64,000 nucleotides of DNA from Thermoproteota archaeon (GCA_027492035.1 JAOZFT010000015.1:9043-73042); one strand, 5' to 3'; shown: positions 31,253 through 40,936, numbered from the stretch's first letter. The notes: generated by a model from the letters alone, not told the origin. Made by a program: numbers and translations.

Positions 31253-33157
31253 TTGAGGAAAGCTGAAATAATAGCTAAAAATAATCCAGGGGAAAAAGTT
31301 TTATTGCTCGGTAACGAAGCAGTTGCTAGGGGCGCTATTGAAGCAGGGATTCAAGTCGCTACATCTTACCCAGGAACACCTGCATCCGAGATCCTTTCAA
31401 CCATAGCATCTGTAGCTAATAAATTTAATATTCACGCAGAGTGGTCAACAAACGAAATGGTTGCTTTTGAAACAGCTGCAGGGGCTGCAATGGCTGGGTT
31501 AAGATCAATGGTTTCACTGAAACATGTAGGGTTAAACTGGTGCGCTGACCCCTTAATGGCTATTAATCAATCAGGTATAAGTGGCGGTTTTGTAATAGCT
31601 GTAGCTGATGACCCTGGAGCCTATAGTTCACAAAATGAGCAAGACAGCAGGTATTACTCTAAAATGTCTGAATTATTGATGTTGGAACCTTGTGACGCAG
31701 CTGAAGCTAAAGAAGCTGTCAAGGAGGCATTTAATCTTTCAGAGAAACTTGAGTTACCTGTTTTCGTCAGACTTGTGAATCGGATATGTCACTCAAGGGC
31801 AGACATTACTTTAGGTCCCATAAAAACGGAGAAAAGGAAGGCTTCATTCAAAAGAGGGAGACGCTGGGTAATGATCGCTGGTAGCTCACCTGAAAGACAC
31901 AAATGGCTCCATCAGAAACAAAGGGAAATAGAGGAAGTGGTTGGAAACCTCTGGCTTAATAAACTTGAACTCAAAAAAGGTGAGTTAGGTATAGTTTCAG
32001 CAGGCGTCACTTACACATACGTTAAGGATGCACTTAACAAGTTAGGGTTAGATGGAGAAGTTAGTGTGTTAAAAATTGGGACATATCCTTCGCCGAGAAA
32101 ACTTATAGAGCAATTACTAAAAAATGTCAAAAAAGTACTTGTTTTCGAGGAAGTGGAGCCTTTGGTTGAGAAGGAAATCAAAGAAATATGTTTCGATTTA
32201 GGTGTAAAACCGGTAGTTAGGGGGAAACTAACAAATGATGTGCAGAGAGAAAAGGACTTAAATGTGGATTCCGTATCTAAATCAATAGTTGAGGTTTTAA
32301 ATATCAAACACAAGCATCTAAACCCTGTCAGAGATTCAGCTCTTAAAAAAGCTCAAGAAATCACTCCTCCAAGAAGACTTCTCATGTGCCCAGGATGTCC
32401 CCACACAGCAACTTTCTACATCATTAGGAAAGCAGGTTTTAAAGCCGCTAAGGGAAAAATAATTTACTCCGGAGACATAGGTTGTTACTCTTTGGGATTT
32501 TATGCTTTTGAACCACCAAGACAGGACACTCAATTCTGCATGGGAGCAAGTATAGGTGTAGGTTGCGGATTAGCGCAAAGTGGTATAGAGGATGTGGTGG
32601 TGGCCACGATAGGTGACTCCACCATTATCCACGCTGGAATACCTGGCTTGATCAACGCCTCCTACAACAAAGCTAAACTTCTAATAGTGGTCTTTGACAA
32701 CGGTGCAACTGCAATGACGGGCTTCCAGCCTCATCCAGGTACAGGTGTAACTGCTACAGGTGAAAAAACAAAGAAGGTGAATATAGAAGACATTGCAAAG
32801 GCTTGCGGAGTAGAATATGTAAAAGTAATAGACCCTTACAGCGTTGATGAATCAGTTAAAGTTGTAACTGAAGCCATGAAACAACCAGGTGTATCTGTTA
32901 TTATTTCACGTAGACTTTGCATGCTTGAATGGCTTAGGAAAGCCAGAAGGGAAGGAATGAAGAAAAAGCTCTACGAAGTTGATGTTGAGAAATGTACAGG
33001 CTGTAAAATTTGCGTAAATGAATTAGGGTGTCCAGCAATAGTTTTCGATCAGAGAAACAATGTAGCAGCTATAGATGAAGTATTGTGCAACGGTTGTGGC
33101 GTATGCGCACAGGTCTGCCCTGTGGATGCAATTCACAAAATTAAAGAGGTGACTTAA
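31253..33157 (+). CDS. iorA: Indolepyruvate:ferredoxin oxidoreductase alpha subunit (IorA)
   Basis: 634 aa; TPP-binding 2-oxoacid oxidoreductase domains plus C-terminal 2x[4Fe-4S] motifs CTGCKICVNELGCP and CNGCGVCAQVCP. Confidence 0.85.
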   Translation: MRKAEIIAKNNPGEKVLLLGNEAVARGAIEAGIQVATSYPGTPASEILSTIASVANKFNIHAEWSTNEMVAFETAAGAAMAGLRSMVSLKHVGLNWCADPLMAINQSGISGGFVIAVADDPGAYSSQNEQDSRYYSKMSELLMLEPCDAAEAKEAVKEAFNLSEKLELPVFVRLVNRICHSRADITLGPIKTEKRKASFKRGRRWVMIAGSSPERHKWLHQKQREIEEVVGNLWLNKLELKKGELGIVSAGVTYTYVKDALNKLGLDGEVSVLKIGTYPSPRKLIEQLLKNVKKVLVFEEVEPLVEKEIKEICFDLGVKPVVRGKLTNDVQREKDLNVDSVSKSIVEVLNIKHKHLNPVRDSALKKAQEITPPRRLLMCPGCPHTATFYIIRKAGFKAAKGKIIYSGDIGCYSLGFYAFEPPRQDTQFCMGASIGVGCGLAQSGIEDVVVATIGDSTIIHAGIPGLINASYNKAKLLIVVFDNGATAMTGFQPHPGTGVTATGEKTKKVNIEDIAKACGVEYVKVIDPYSVDESVKVVTEAMKQPGVSVIISRRLCMLEWLRKARREGMKKKLYEVDVEKCTGCKICVNELGCPAIVFDQRNNVAAIDEVLCNGCGVCAQVCPVDAIHKIKEVT

Positions 33158-33158
33158 T

Positions 33159-33779
33159 ATGGTTAAAAGAGAAATTGAAGAGTTCAATATTCTAATTGCA
33201 GGTGTAGGGGGGCAGGGTAACCTTTTATCTTCAGAAATAATAGCCACAGCTGCTGTGAAATCAGGTTTCAAAGTAAGAGTTGCTGATGTTTTCGGCGCTG
33301 CCCAGAGGGGAGGAAGTGTATTGAGCCATATCAGAATAGGTGAAAAAATCTTTAGCCCCGTTATTCCTGAACAAAACGCTAATGTACTTCTCGGTTTTGA
33401 ACCTGTAGAATGCTTGAGGGCCGCAAAGTTTCTTTCACCCACTTGCGTAGCCATCGTTAACTTAAGGCCTATATATCCAAGGGATGTAGCCTTAGGGAAA
33501 TTTAAGTACCCGAGTATCGAGGAAATAATTAATTTATTGAGGGAATTAGCCAATAAAGTTTTATCTAAAGACTTTATCTCCGTAGCAGAGAAGGCAGGGG
33601 ACCCCATGACATTAAATGTCACAATGGTTGGGGCTTTAGCCAGTTTAAAAACTTTACCGATTGAGAAAGAAACTTTGCTGGAAGCTGTTAAAGAAGTTGT
33701 TCCTCCAAAAACCAAAGAAATGAACATTAGGGCCTTCAAAATGGGTTATGATGAAACACTTAAAATCTTAAAGCCTTAA
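33159..33779 (+). CDS. iorB: Indolepyruvate:ferredoxin oxidoreductase beta subunit (IorB)
   Basis: 206 aa; FNILIAGVGGQG motif of the 2-oxoacid oxidoreductase gamma/IorB family; start 2 nt after iorA stop. Confidence 0.8.
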   Translation: MVKREIEEFNILIAGVGGQGNLLSSEIIATAAVKSGFKVRVADVFGAAQRGGSVLSHIRIGEKIFSPVIPEQNANVLLGFEPVECLRAAKFLSPTCVAIVNLRPIYPRDVALGKFKYPSIEEIINLLRELANKVLSKDFISVAEKAGDPMTLNVTMVGALASLKTLPIEKETLLEAVKEVVPPKTKEMNIRAFKMGYDETLKILKP

Positions 33780-33795
33780 GCCCTTTTTCGATTTT

Positions 33796-35331
33796 TTGGA
33801 GGCGCCTGAATTGCTCATGAATGGAAGAGAATATATAGAAAGTTTAAAGAAACTAAAACCCAAAATTTACTGTTTCGGTAAAAGGGTAGAAAGCGTAGTT
33901 AACCATCCAATGTTTAAACCTCACATAACCGCAGCTGCAATGACTTACGAGTTGGCACATGACCCAGAGTACAAAGAAATAATGACAGCTAAATCTCCTT
34001 TCATAAAAGACGTGGTTAATCGTTTCACTCACATACATCAATCAACTGATGATTTAGTTAAGAAAGTTAAAATGATGCGTCTCCTCGGCCAAAGAACAGG
34101 GACATGTTTCCAGAGATGCGTAGGGTTAGATGCATTAAATGCTCTTTATGTAGTAACTTATGAAATTGATAAGAAGCATGGAACAAACTACCATAAAAGA
34201 TTTATTGAATATCTTAAACATGTACAAAGGAAAGATTTAATGCCTGCCGGTGCAATGACGGACCCTAGAGGAGTAAGAAGCTTAACTCCGCATGAACAAC
34301 CTGATCCAGACTTATATGTTCATGTTGTTGAAAAAAATAAAGACGGAATAATAGTAAGAGGAGCGAAATGCCAAATAACAGGTACCGTGAACTCGCATGA
34401 AATAATTGCTTTACCAACTAGAACTATGAGAAAAGAAGATTCAGACTATTCAGTTGCATTCGCTGTTCCAGTGGATGAAAAAGGAATTACTTTAGTGTTT
34501 GCGAGGCAAACAAACGATACAAGGAGATTAGAAACTGAAATCGATGTAGGAAATGCTAAATATGGTGTAGTAGGAGGGGAAACCCTAATAATTTTCGATG
34601 ATGTTTTTGTTCCATGGGAAAGGGTTTTTATGTGCGGCGAGCACGAACACAGCTTAGAACTTGTTGAGGCCTTCAGCAGCCACCACAGATCAAACTACGG
34701 AGGCTGCAAAGTTGGAGTGGCTGACGTAGCTATAGGAGCCTGTAAATGGTTGGCTGATGCATACGGGTTAAGTAAAGTGTACCATATAAGAGACAAGTTA
34801 AGTGAAATGGTTCATTTAGCTGAAACATGTTGGAGCTGTTCTCTTGCATGTGCCTATGAGGGATATAAAACCAACTCCGGAGCCTACATGGTTAACACCT
34901 TGCTGGCGAACGTTGTCAAATTAAACATTACAAGAATGGTTTATGAATGGATGAGACTTGCTCAAGATATTACAGGTGGAACGGTGATAACTCTACCTTC
35001 TGAATTAGACTATAACCATCCTGAAATAGGGAAGTATATAGATAAGTTTTATCAAGTTAAAGAAGGGATTCCCACTGAGTACAGGCTTAGAATGACAAGG
35101 CTTGTTGAAAACATAGCTGTGGGTGCTGGTTTACCTGAGTCACTTCACGGCGCAGGATCTCCCGGGGCGCAAAAAGTCATGATTGAAAGAAGAACAAATT
35201 TAGAAGAAAAAAAATCCTTTGCAGAAGTGATTGCAGGCATAAAGGGTGATAAGTACTTCAGAAAGATATGGGGAGTTTCTGAAGATGAATTTTTCGCTAA
35301 ATTCCGTAAGAAAAGGAAGGAAAAGACGTAA
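33796..35331 (+). CDS. abfD: 4-hydroxybutyryl-CoA dehydratase/vinylacetyl-CoA isomerase (AbfD)-like, HpaB-family flavoenzyme
   Basis: 511 aa; long conserved blocks matching AbfD (YIESLKKLKPKIY, MTYELAHDPEY, IHQSTDDLVKKVKMMRLLGQRTG, GAMTDPRG, SHHRSNYGGCKVGV, HGAGSPGAQ). Confidence 0.8.
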   Translation: MEAPELLMNGREYIESLKKLKPKIYCFGKRVESVVNHPMFKPHITAAAMTYELAHDPEYKEIMTAKSPFIKDVVNRFTHIHQSTDDLVKKVKMMRLLGQRTGTCFQRCVGLDALNALYVVTYEIDKKHGTNYHKRFIEYLKHVQRKDLMPAGAMTDPRGVRSLTPHEQPDPDLYVHVVEKNKDGIIVRGAKCQITGTVNSHEIIALPTRTMRKEDSDYSVAFAVPVDEKGITLVFARQTNDTRRLETEIDVGNAKYGVVGGETLIIFDDVFVPWERVFMCGEHEHSLELVEAFSSHHRSNYGGCKVGVADVAIGACKWLADAYGLSKVYHIRDKLSEMVHLAETCWSCSLACAYEGYKTNSGAYMVNTLLANVVKLNITRMVYEWMRLAQDITGGTVITLPSELDYNHPEIGKYIDKFYQVKEGIPTEYRLRMTRLVENIAVGAGLPESLHGAGSPGAQKVMIERRTNLEEKKSFAEVIAGIKGDKYFRKIWGVSEDEFFAKFRKKRKEKT

Positions 35332-35358
35332 CTTTCTCCTAAAAAATGTGATCGTAAA

Positions 35359-36744
35359 GTGACGCATTACAACCAGTTACTGCAGCAAGAAATAAGGAAA
35401 TATAGGGAGAAAACAAGGAAATCAAGGAATCTTAATAACTTAGCACGGAGTCTCCTCCCGGGAGGAGACACAAGAACCGTAACTTACTTTAAACCTTATC
35501 CTCTTTATGTGAGAGAGGGATCAGGATACTTGGTTTGTGATGTTGACGGTAACAAATACATTGATTTCCTTAACAACTACACTTCACTGGTGCACGGCCA
35601 CCGTCACCCTAAAATTGTTGAGGCAATCAATAACCAACTTACCCATTTACAAGCAGTTCATGCCCCCACAGAAAAACAAATCGAGCTTGCTAAATTGATT
35701 TGTGAAAGATTTCCTTCAGTTGAAATGGTTAGGTTTATGAATTCAGGTACTGAAGCTACAATGAACGCTATAAGACTTGCAAGAGCTTATACAGGGAAAA
35801 AGAAAATAATGAAAGCTGAGGGGGGTTACCATGGAACCCATGACTTTGCAATGATAAGTGTGCATCCTCCTTCGGAGAAGTATGGCTCTCTAAACAACCC
35901 TGAATCTGTTCCAGAGGATAAAGGGATACCTAAAGCTGTACTCAAAAACGTTATAGTCTTCCCCTTCAACAATTTCGAAGTCACTGAGAAATTAATAAAG
36001 AGAAACAAGGAAGAGTTGGCAGCTTTAATAGTTGAACCTATAATGGGAACAGCAGGCATAATACCACCTGTAAAAGATTATTTAAAATTTCTCAGAGAAA
36101 TAACAATTGACAATGACGTTTTATTGGTTTTCGATGAAGTAATTACTGCCAGACTAAGTAAGGGAGGTGCTCAGGAATATTTTAAGGTAGAACCTGACTT
36201 AACAGCCTCAGGGAAAATGTTCGGTGGCGGAACCCCTATTGGCTTAGTTGGAGGAAAGGAAGAAATTATGCAACTTTACTCCCCTGAGAGGAAAGAATTC
36301 TTATCTCAATCAGGAACTTTTAACGCAAACCCTGTAACCATGGCCGCAGGTGTTGCAACACTTAAACTGTTAACAACCCAAGCTATAAAGAAAATAAACT
36401 CTTTAGGAGGATTCTTAAAGAAAAGAATTTCCAACTTATTTAGTGAATTTAGTGTTCAAATTAAGGTTACAGGTGTAGGCTCCCTCTTAAATATTCATTT
36501 CACAAATAAAGAAGTTTTAGATTACAGGAGTTCCTTAACAGCTGACAAGGATCTCCACTTCCTACTTTACTTATCTTTACTCAACAGGGGAATCTGGATA
36601 GCCCCAAGATTAATGGCTAACATTTCCACTCCCATGTCTAACAGGGAAACTGAAAAATTCCTTAAAACTTTAGGGGAAGTCTTAGTTTCTATTAAACCTG
36701 CAATTGAAGAGAAAGCTCCCCACTTAATAAACAAAGAAATGTAG
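35359..36744 (+). CDS. Class III PLP-dependent aminotransferase/aminomutase (GSA-aminomutase/GABA-aminotransferase-like), paralog of 11767..13074
   Basis: 461 aa; LPGGDTR, DVDGNKYIDF, LLVFDEVITA, and TASGKMFGGG containing the PLP lysine; GTG start. Confidence 0.8.
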   Translation: MTHYNQLLQQEIRKYREKTRKSRNLNNLARSLLPGGDTRTVTYFKPYPLYVREGSGYLVCDVDGNKYIDFLNNYTSLVHGHRHPKIVEAINNQLTHLQAVHAPTEKQIELAKLICERFPSVEMVRFMNSGTEATMNAIRLARAYTGKKKIMKAEGGYHGTHDFAMISVHPPSEKYGSLNNPESVPEDKGIPKAVLKNVIVFPFNNFEVTEKLIKRNKEELAALIVEPIMGTAGIIPPVKDYLKFLREITIDNDVLLVFDEVITARLSKGGAQEYFKVEPDLTASGKMFGGGTPIGLVGGKEEIMQLYSPERKEFLSQSGTFNANPVTMAAGVATLKLLTTQAIKKINSLGGFLKKRISNLFSEFSVQIKVTGVGSLLNIHFTNKEVLDYRSSLTADKDLHFLLYLSLLNRGIWIAPRLMANISTPMSNRETEKFLKTLGEVLVSIKPAIEEKAPHLINKEM

Positions 36745-36817
36745 AACGGAATTTTTAACTAATTTATTTTCTTTTCTCAACGTCTTACTTGCTTTTTAAT
36801 TCCTTCCCTTCCTATTT

Positions 36818-37720
36818 TTAGGATATTCTGTATCTGGGATGGCTTTTTGGAAGTTTAATCTTTTCCTCTATTAACAATTGGCCGAAGGAAGCATCTACCA
36901 AACTTATTGCTGGGAACATGTATTCTGCGTCTCTTAATGGGCCGTACAATATGAAATCAGCTCCTAAAGCTGTGGGAAGTATACATGAAGAAGCTGTAGA
37001 AGCTATTACTCCTTCTTGGCTTATTTTCTTCTTCAACCCTTTCCACTGACTTACTGCATTATGGGCTCCGCAGCCGGCTGGAACACCGAATTTATCCTTT
37101 ATTTCAAATAAAGCCTTTGTAGCCATTCCAAGAGTTGGTATGTCCAGTACTGTTGTGTCTACCAGAATGTTTTCTAATCCAAGTTCCTCAGCCTTCTTTA
37201 TTAATTCCCCAGCTACTTCAACTCTTCCTTTTGAGGAAATTATTGCTTTCATTCCGTAAGTTAGTAACACTGCACTTTTTAAACCAACCTCTTTCACTTT
37301 GTTTAAAACAACTTCTTTTGTTTCTGGAGTTATTGAGTTCAGAATTATTCTAGACAACAAACCTGTTTCGTTTGAATACTCTAACCCTTCAACCATTGTT
37401 TCATTACTTAATCCATCTAAAAGCAAAGGAACATCTGAATTGTTAGCTGTGAAATCTAAAAATTTTTTCATAGCCTCAGGAGTTGTCCCTACAACATCCA
37501 GCATTAAAGGTAAACCTGTTAAATCAGACATTTCCAAGGCTTTACTTAACTCTTCCCCGGCTTCTTCTTCATTAAACACTCCCTTGTCAGGGTCATTAAC
37601 TACCCTATGTCCTCTGTAAAAGATACTTCCTATTAACACTGTCGGATTCTCCCCAGGATTTCCCCCCAACTTGATGCCTCCTATTTCAACAATTTTTTGT
37701 TTAGCTTTAAATTTCCACAT
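36818..37720 (-). CDS. mtrH: MtrH-like methyl-corrinoid:tetrahydromethanopterin/tetrahydrofolate methyltransferase
   Basis: 300 aa; GGNPGENPTVLIGSIFYRGHRVV ... LPLMLDVVGTTPEA ... DVPLLLDG ... GADFILYGP match the MtrH family blocks (GGQPGEYPT.L.GTIFY ..., LYGPI). Confidence 0.75.
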   Translation of the reverse strand: MWKFKAKQKIVEIGGIKLGGNPGENPTVLIGSIFYRGHRVVNDPDKGVFNEEEAGEELSKALEMSDLTGLPLMLDVVGTTPEAMKKFLDFTANNSDVPLLLDGLSNETMVEGLEYSNETGLLSRIILNSITPETKEVVLNKVKEVGLKSAVLLTYGMKAIISSKGRVEVAGELIKKAEELGLENILVDTTVLDIPTLGMATKALFEIKDKFGVPAGCGAHNAVSQWKGLKKKISQEGVIASTASSCILPTALGADFILYGPLRDAEYMFPAISLVDASFGQLLIEEKIKLPKSHPRYRIS

Positions 37721-37860
37721 CCAAAAACCCCTCTTCTACTCTTTCACTAAGTGAAGGAGAAAGTAAAGATTGAACCTAAAAAAACAAATACAGTTCTTTT
37801 TTTAGAAAAACTTTAGGAAGGTGCTGTTGCGAAAAAAGGTAAAAAAGCTAAAGAATTAAT

Positions 37861-39318
37861 TTAGTGAACAACTTCTTTAGCTGCACTTTTGATCACTTTG
37901 TCTATTTCATCTACTACATCCTTGGGTAAAGGTGTAACTTCGTGTTCCTTCAATATTTTTCTGGCTTTCTCTCTAGCCTTCTTCGTCAAGTCTTTGCCTC
38001 CTTCACTTATCCACTTCCTCCAAGAGGATTTGCTTAATAGATCAGTTAGGTAATGTTCCTGTTTAAAAAGTTTCCTTGTGTGTTTAAGGCTTAAATAACT
38101 TCCTGCATGACCTGCTTCCTTTATAGCTTCAACTGCTAAAGTTTCTTCATTTACTTCAACTCCCTGCAACAATCTTTTAATCATCCCTATTAATTCATCA
38201 CAAATCACAATGAAATCAGCGCTGCACAGCAAACCTGAGTCCATGTAGCCTATATCATGGATAAGGTTTTGGCCACTTAAAGCAGCTGCTGCTATATAAA
38301 GCGCCGCTTCAGCAGCTGCTTGTGCATCAGTTAATTTAGAATCTGTACACCCTGTAGTTCCCCAAAGGGGAATATCGTAGTAGTGAGACATCTGGGCGAG
38401 CATGACAGCCATCAATAAAGTTGACGCTGTTGTATAAGAAGTTACAGCGTATTTCATATCTAGAACCAAAGGCACCCCACCGTAAATGAAGGGGGTACCT
38501 GGGTTTAACAATTGAATTATAACGTTTCCTCCCAAGGATTCGGCGCTTGTTTGAACCACTGAACCTGCAAGAGTGACAGGGGCAGTTGCCCCGCTTTGTG
38601 TGCAAGGGGCCCAAACAATTGGCAATCCCTTCTTAACCCATTCAAATAATGCCTCAATGTAATCCCTGCCGAAAATTAATGGGGATTGTGGTTCATCGTA
38701 TAAGGTAACTATTGGTTTCCTTCTCAGTTCTTCTTCACCCCCGGCTACGAGTTCAGCTATTTTTATTTGCAGTTTCGTTAACTCTGCACCATGGTAACTG
38801 TACATTACAAAATGTTTTTCGGTATTAAGCAGTACAGCTTTTTCTTCATATAACCCCATTAAGCCAGAAGGAGCGTCGCTAGCTGTACCTGAACCCATTG
38901 CAAAGTCAATATTTTCTAATGCATCCCCTAACCTAGTTAGTTCCTCCATGTCCTTGAATGTGCACCTTCTCCTTTCACCTGTTTCAAGGTCTAAAACATA
39001 GGTTTGACCGCTTCCTGTACCAAAATATGTCCTTAACCCTTCAAGAACAAAGTCGTATTTTGGGTTCCTACCGTATAACCTAATTGTTTTGGGGGCCTTT
39101 TTAATTGATTCTTCAACTAAGTACTGAGGTATCTTAGCGATTTTAGTTTTAAAATCAACGTCAGCTCCTGCATCCTTAAGGAGTTTTAAAGCCCCTTCAT
39201 GTTCAATTTTTATTCCGTGCTGTTCCAGAACTTTCAACACTGCCAAATGTATATCGTATATTTGGTCATTAGTTAAAATTTTGAGCTGCCCCCCCTTTAA
39301 TCCACCCCTCATTCTCAT
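37861..39318 (-). CDS. MttB-superfamily methyltransferase (non-pyrrolysine), paralog 2
   Basis: 485 aa uninterrupted ORF, about 50-60% identical over long blocks to paralogs 1 and 3; no in-frame TAG; stop overlaps the corrinoid gene start by 4 nt. Confidence 0.85.
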   Translation of the reverse strand: MRMRGGLKGGQLKILTNDQIYDIHLAVLKVLEQHGIKIEHEGALKLLKDAGADVDFKTKIAKIPQYLVEESIKKAPKTIRLYGRNPKYDFVLEGLRTYFGTGSGQTYVLDLETGERRRCTFKDMEELTRLGDALENIDFAMGSGTASDAPSGLMGLYEEKAVLLNTEKHFVMYSYHGAELTKLQIKIAELVAGGEEELRRKPIVTLYDEPQSPLIFGRDYIEALFEWVKKGLPIVWAPCTQSGATAPVTLAGSVVQTSAESLGGNVIIQLLNPGTPFIYGGVPLVLDMKYAVTSYTTASTLLMAVMLAQMSHYYDIPLWGTTGCTDSKLTDAQAAAEAALYIAAAALSGQNLIHDIGYMDSGLLCSADFIVICDELIGMIKRLLQGVEVNEETLAVEAIKEAGHAGSYLSLKHTRKLFKQEHYLTDLLSKSSWRKWISEGGKDLTKKAREKARKILKEHEVTPLPKDVVDEIDKVIKSAAKEVVH

Positions 39319-39971
39319 CCCTTCCCAATTAACCTTTTAGCTACTTCAACTGCTTCTGTAGCATCTGCTCCATGTCCATCAGCCCCTATTTCCTCAGCCC
39401 ATTCAGGACTTGTAGGGGCTCCTCCAACTATAACTTTGTACTTATCCCTTAACCCCCTCTTTTTAAGTTCCTCGATGAGTTTCTTCTGGACAGGCATTGT
39501 AGTGGTTAATAATGCAGAGGCACCTATTATGTCAGCACCGTTTTCTTCAGCTGCTTTAATGAAGTTTTCAGGAGGTTGGTCGTTGCCTATCTGAATCACC
39601 CTGAAACCTGCTGCCTGAAGCATTGAAGCAACTATCCTCTGCCCTATATCATGTATATCCCCCTCAACTGTACCTATCACAATTGTTCCTACGTATTCAG
39701 CTTTCTCCTTTGATTTCTCCAATGCAGGCCTCAAAACAGTCATAACACTGTTCATAACCTCAGCTGACCCAACTAAATCCATCAAAAATATTTCTCCCCT
39801 CCCAAACTTATCCCCTATCTCTTTCAATTTTTTTGATAATGCATTCACAAGTTCAACAGGGCTCATGCCACGTTTTTCAAGTAATTCCTTAGCTAACTCG
39901 TCAGCACCCTCCGGTTCAGCTTCATCAAGTCTCTTCAACAACTCGTTAAGCACATCTTCTTTAGTGGACAC
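39315..39971 (-). CDS. Corrinoid (B12-binding) protein, MttC/MtbC/MtgC-like
   Basis: 218 aa; B12-binding-N helical cap plus Rossmann B12-binding domain with the DxHxxG motif (GDIHDIGQRIV). Confidence 0.85.
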   Translation of the reverse strand: MSTKEDVLNELLKRLDEAEPEGADELAKELLEKRGMSPVELVNALSKKLKEIGDKFGRGEIFLMDLVGSAEVMNSVMTVLRPALEKSKEKAEYVGTIVIGTVEGDIHDIGQRIVASMLQAAGFRVIQIGNDQPPENFIKAAEENGADIIGASALLTTTMPVQKKLIEELKKRGLRDKYKVIVGGAPTSPEWAEEIGADGHGADATEAVEVAKRLIGKG

Positions 39972-40167
39972 AAGTTTACACCTCCCAGTATTTTTAAAAC
40001 AAAAGGAAGCTTTTTCTATTATAAATTTTTCTATTTTATTGATTTATTTAGAAAAATTGTAAGGAAAAATAAGGAATATTTTGAAAAATGAAACACAAAT
40101 AACCCTAATCTAACCTTGCTTTCCATATGATAAAACTTTTAAACTTGAAAAATTTGGGTTAGATTAT

Positions 40168-40923
40168 TCATAAATAAATTCTTGTCGGGTCCAGTTCCCT
40201 TAAAACCCTAATTTCAGCTTTTTTTGGTTCAGGAGTTGTCTTAAGCTCCTCTGAAACTTTTAGCTTCCACCCTGTATTTTCTTGCACTTCTTCAAGTGTC
40301 ACTTTCGGATGAAGTTTTTCTACAACCAATTCCCCGTATCTATTGTGAAGAGATAACACGCATAAATCAGTTATTACTTTTATTTCTCTCACTTCTTTAT
40401 TTGTCTCTAAACTTTCCTCTTCTTTTTTCAGCTGTTTCCCTGGACTCGTTAAGAAATCAAGCTTGTTAACAAATCTCCTTTTTTGATGAGGCGTAATTAT
40501 TAATATTTTCTTCACCAAATGAGCTATGTCGCAGGCTCCTCCACTTCCAGGCAATCTAACTTTTGGTTTCCTGTAATCCCCTATCACAGTTGTGTTTATG
40601 TTTCCAAACTTATCAATTTGTGCCCCTCCTAAAAAACCAACATCCACACGTCCAGGTTGAAGGTAGTAACCGAAGACTTCAAACATGGAACAGACACTTT
40701 CTGAATTGGTCACTATGCAAGGGTCTCCTATTGAAAGAGGAAGTCTTGAAGGCTTAGCCCCTACTACTCCTGATTCATAGATCATTACCAACTTAGGGGC
40801 GTGAAGCCTTTTAGCTAAGTTACATGCAAGGTTGGGTAAACCCACCCCCACCAAAACTGTTTCTCCGTTTCTAAGTTCTCTTGCGGCTGTAACAACCATT
40901 AATTCGTTTCTGCCGTAATCCAT
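40168..40923 (-). CDS. Family I CoA-transferase subunit B (glutaconate/3-oxoacid CoA-transferase beta-like)
   Basis: 251 aa; catalytic-glutamate region MIYESGVVG, GGAQIDKFGN, GSGGACD typical of beta subunits. Confidence 0.75.
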   Translation of the reverse strand: MDYGRNELMVVTAARELRNGETVLVGVGLPNLACNLAKRLHAPKLVMIYESGVVGAKPSRLPLSIGDPCIVTNSESVCSMFEVFGYYLQPGRVDVGFLGGAQIDKFGNINTTVIGDYRKPKVRLPGSGGACDIAHLVKKILIITPHQKRRFVNKLDFLTSPGKQLKKEEESLETNKEVREIKVITDLCVLSLHNRYGELVVEKLHPKVTLEEVQENTGWKLKVSEELKTTPEPKKAEIRVLRELDPTRIYL

Positions 40924-40936
40924 TTTTCCTTCACCT

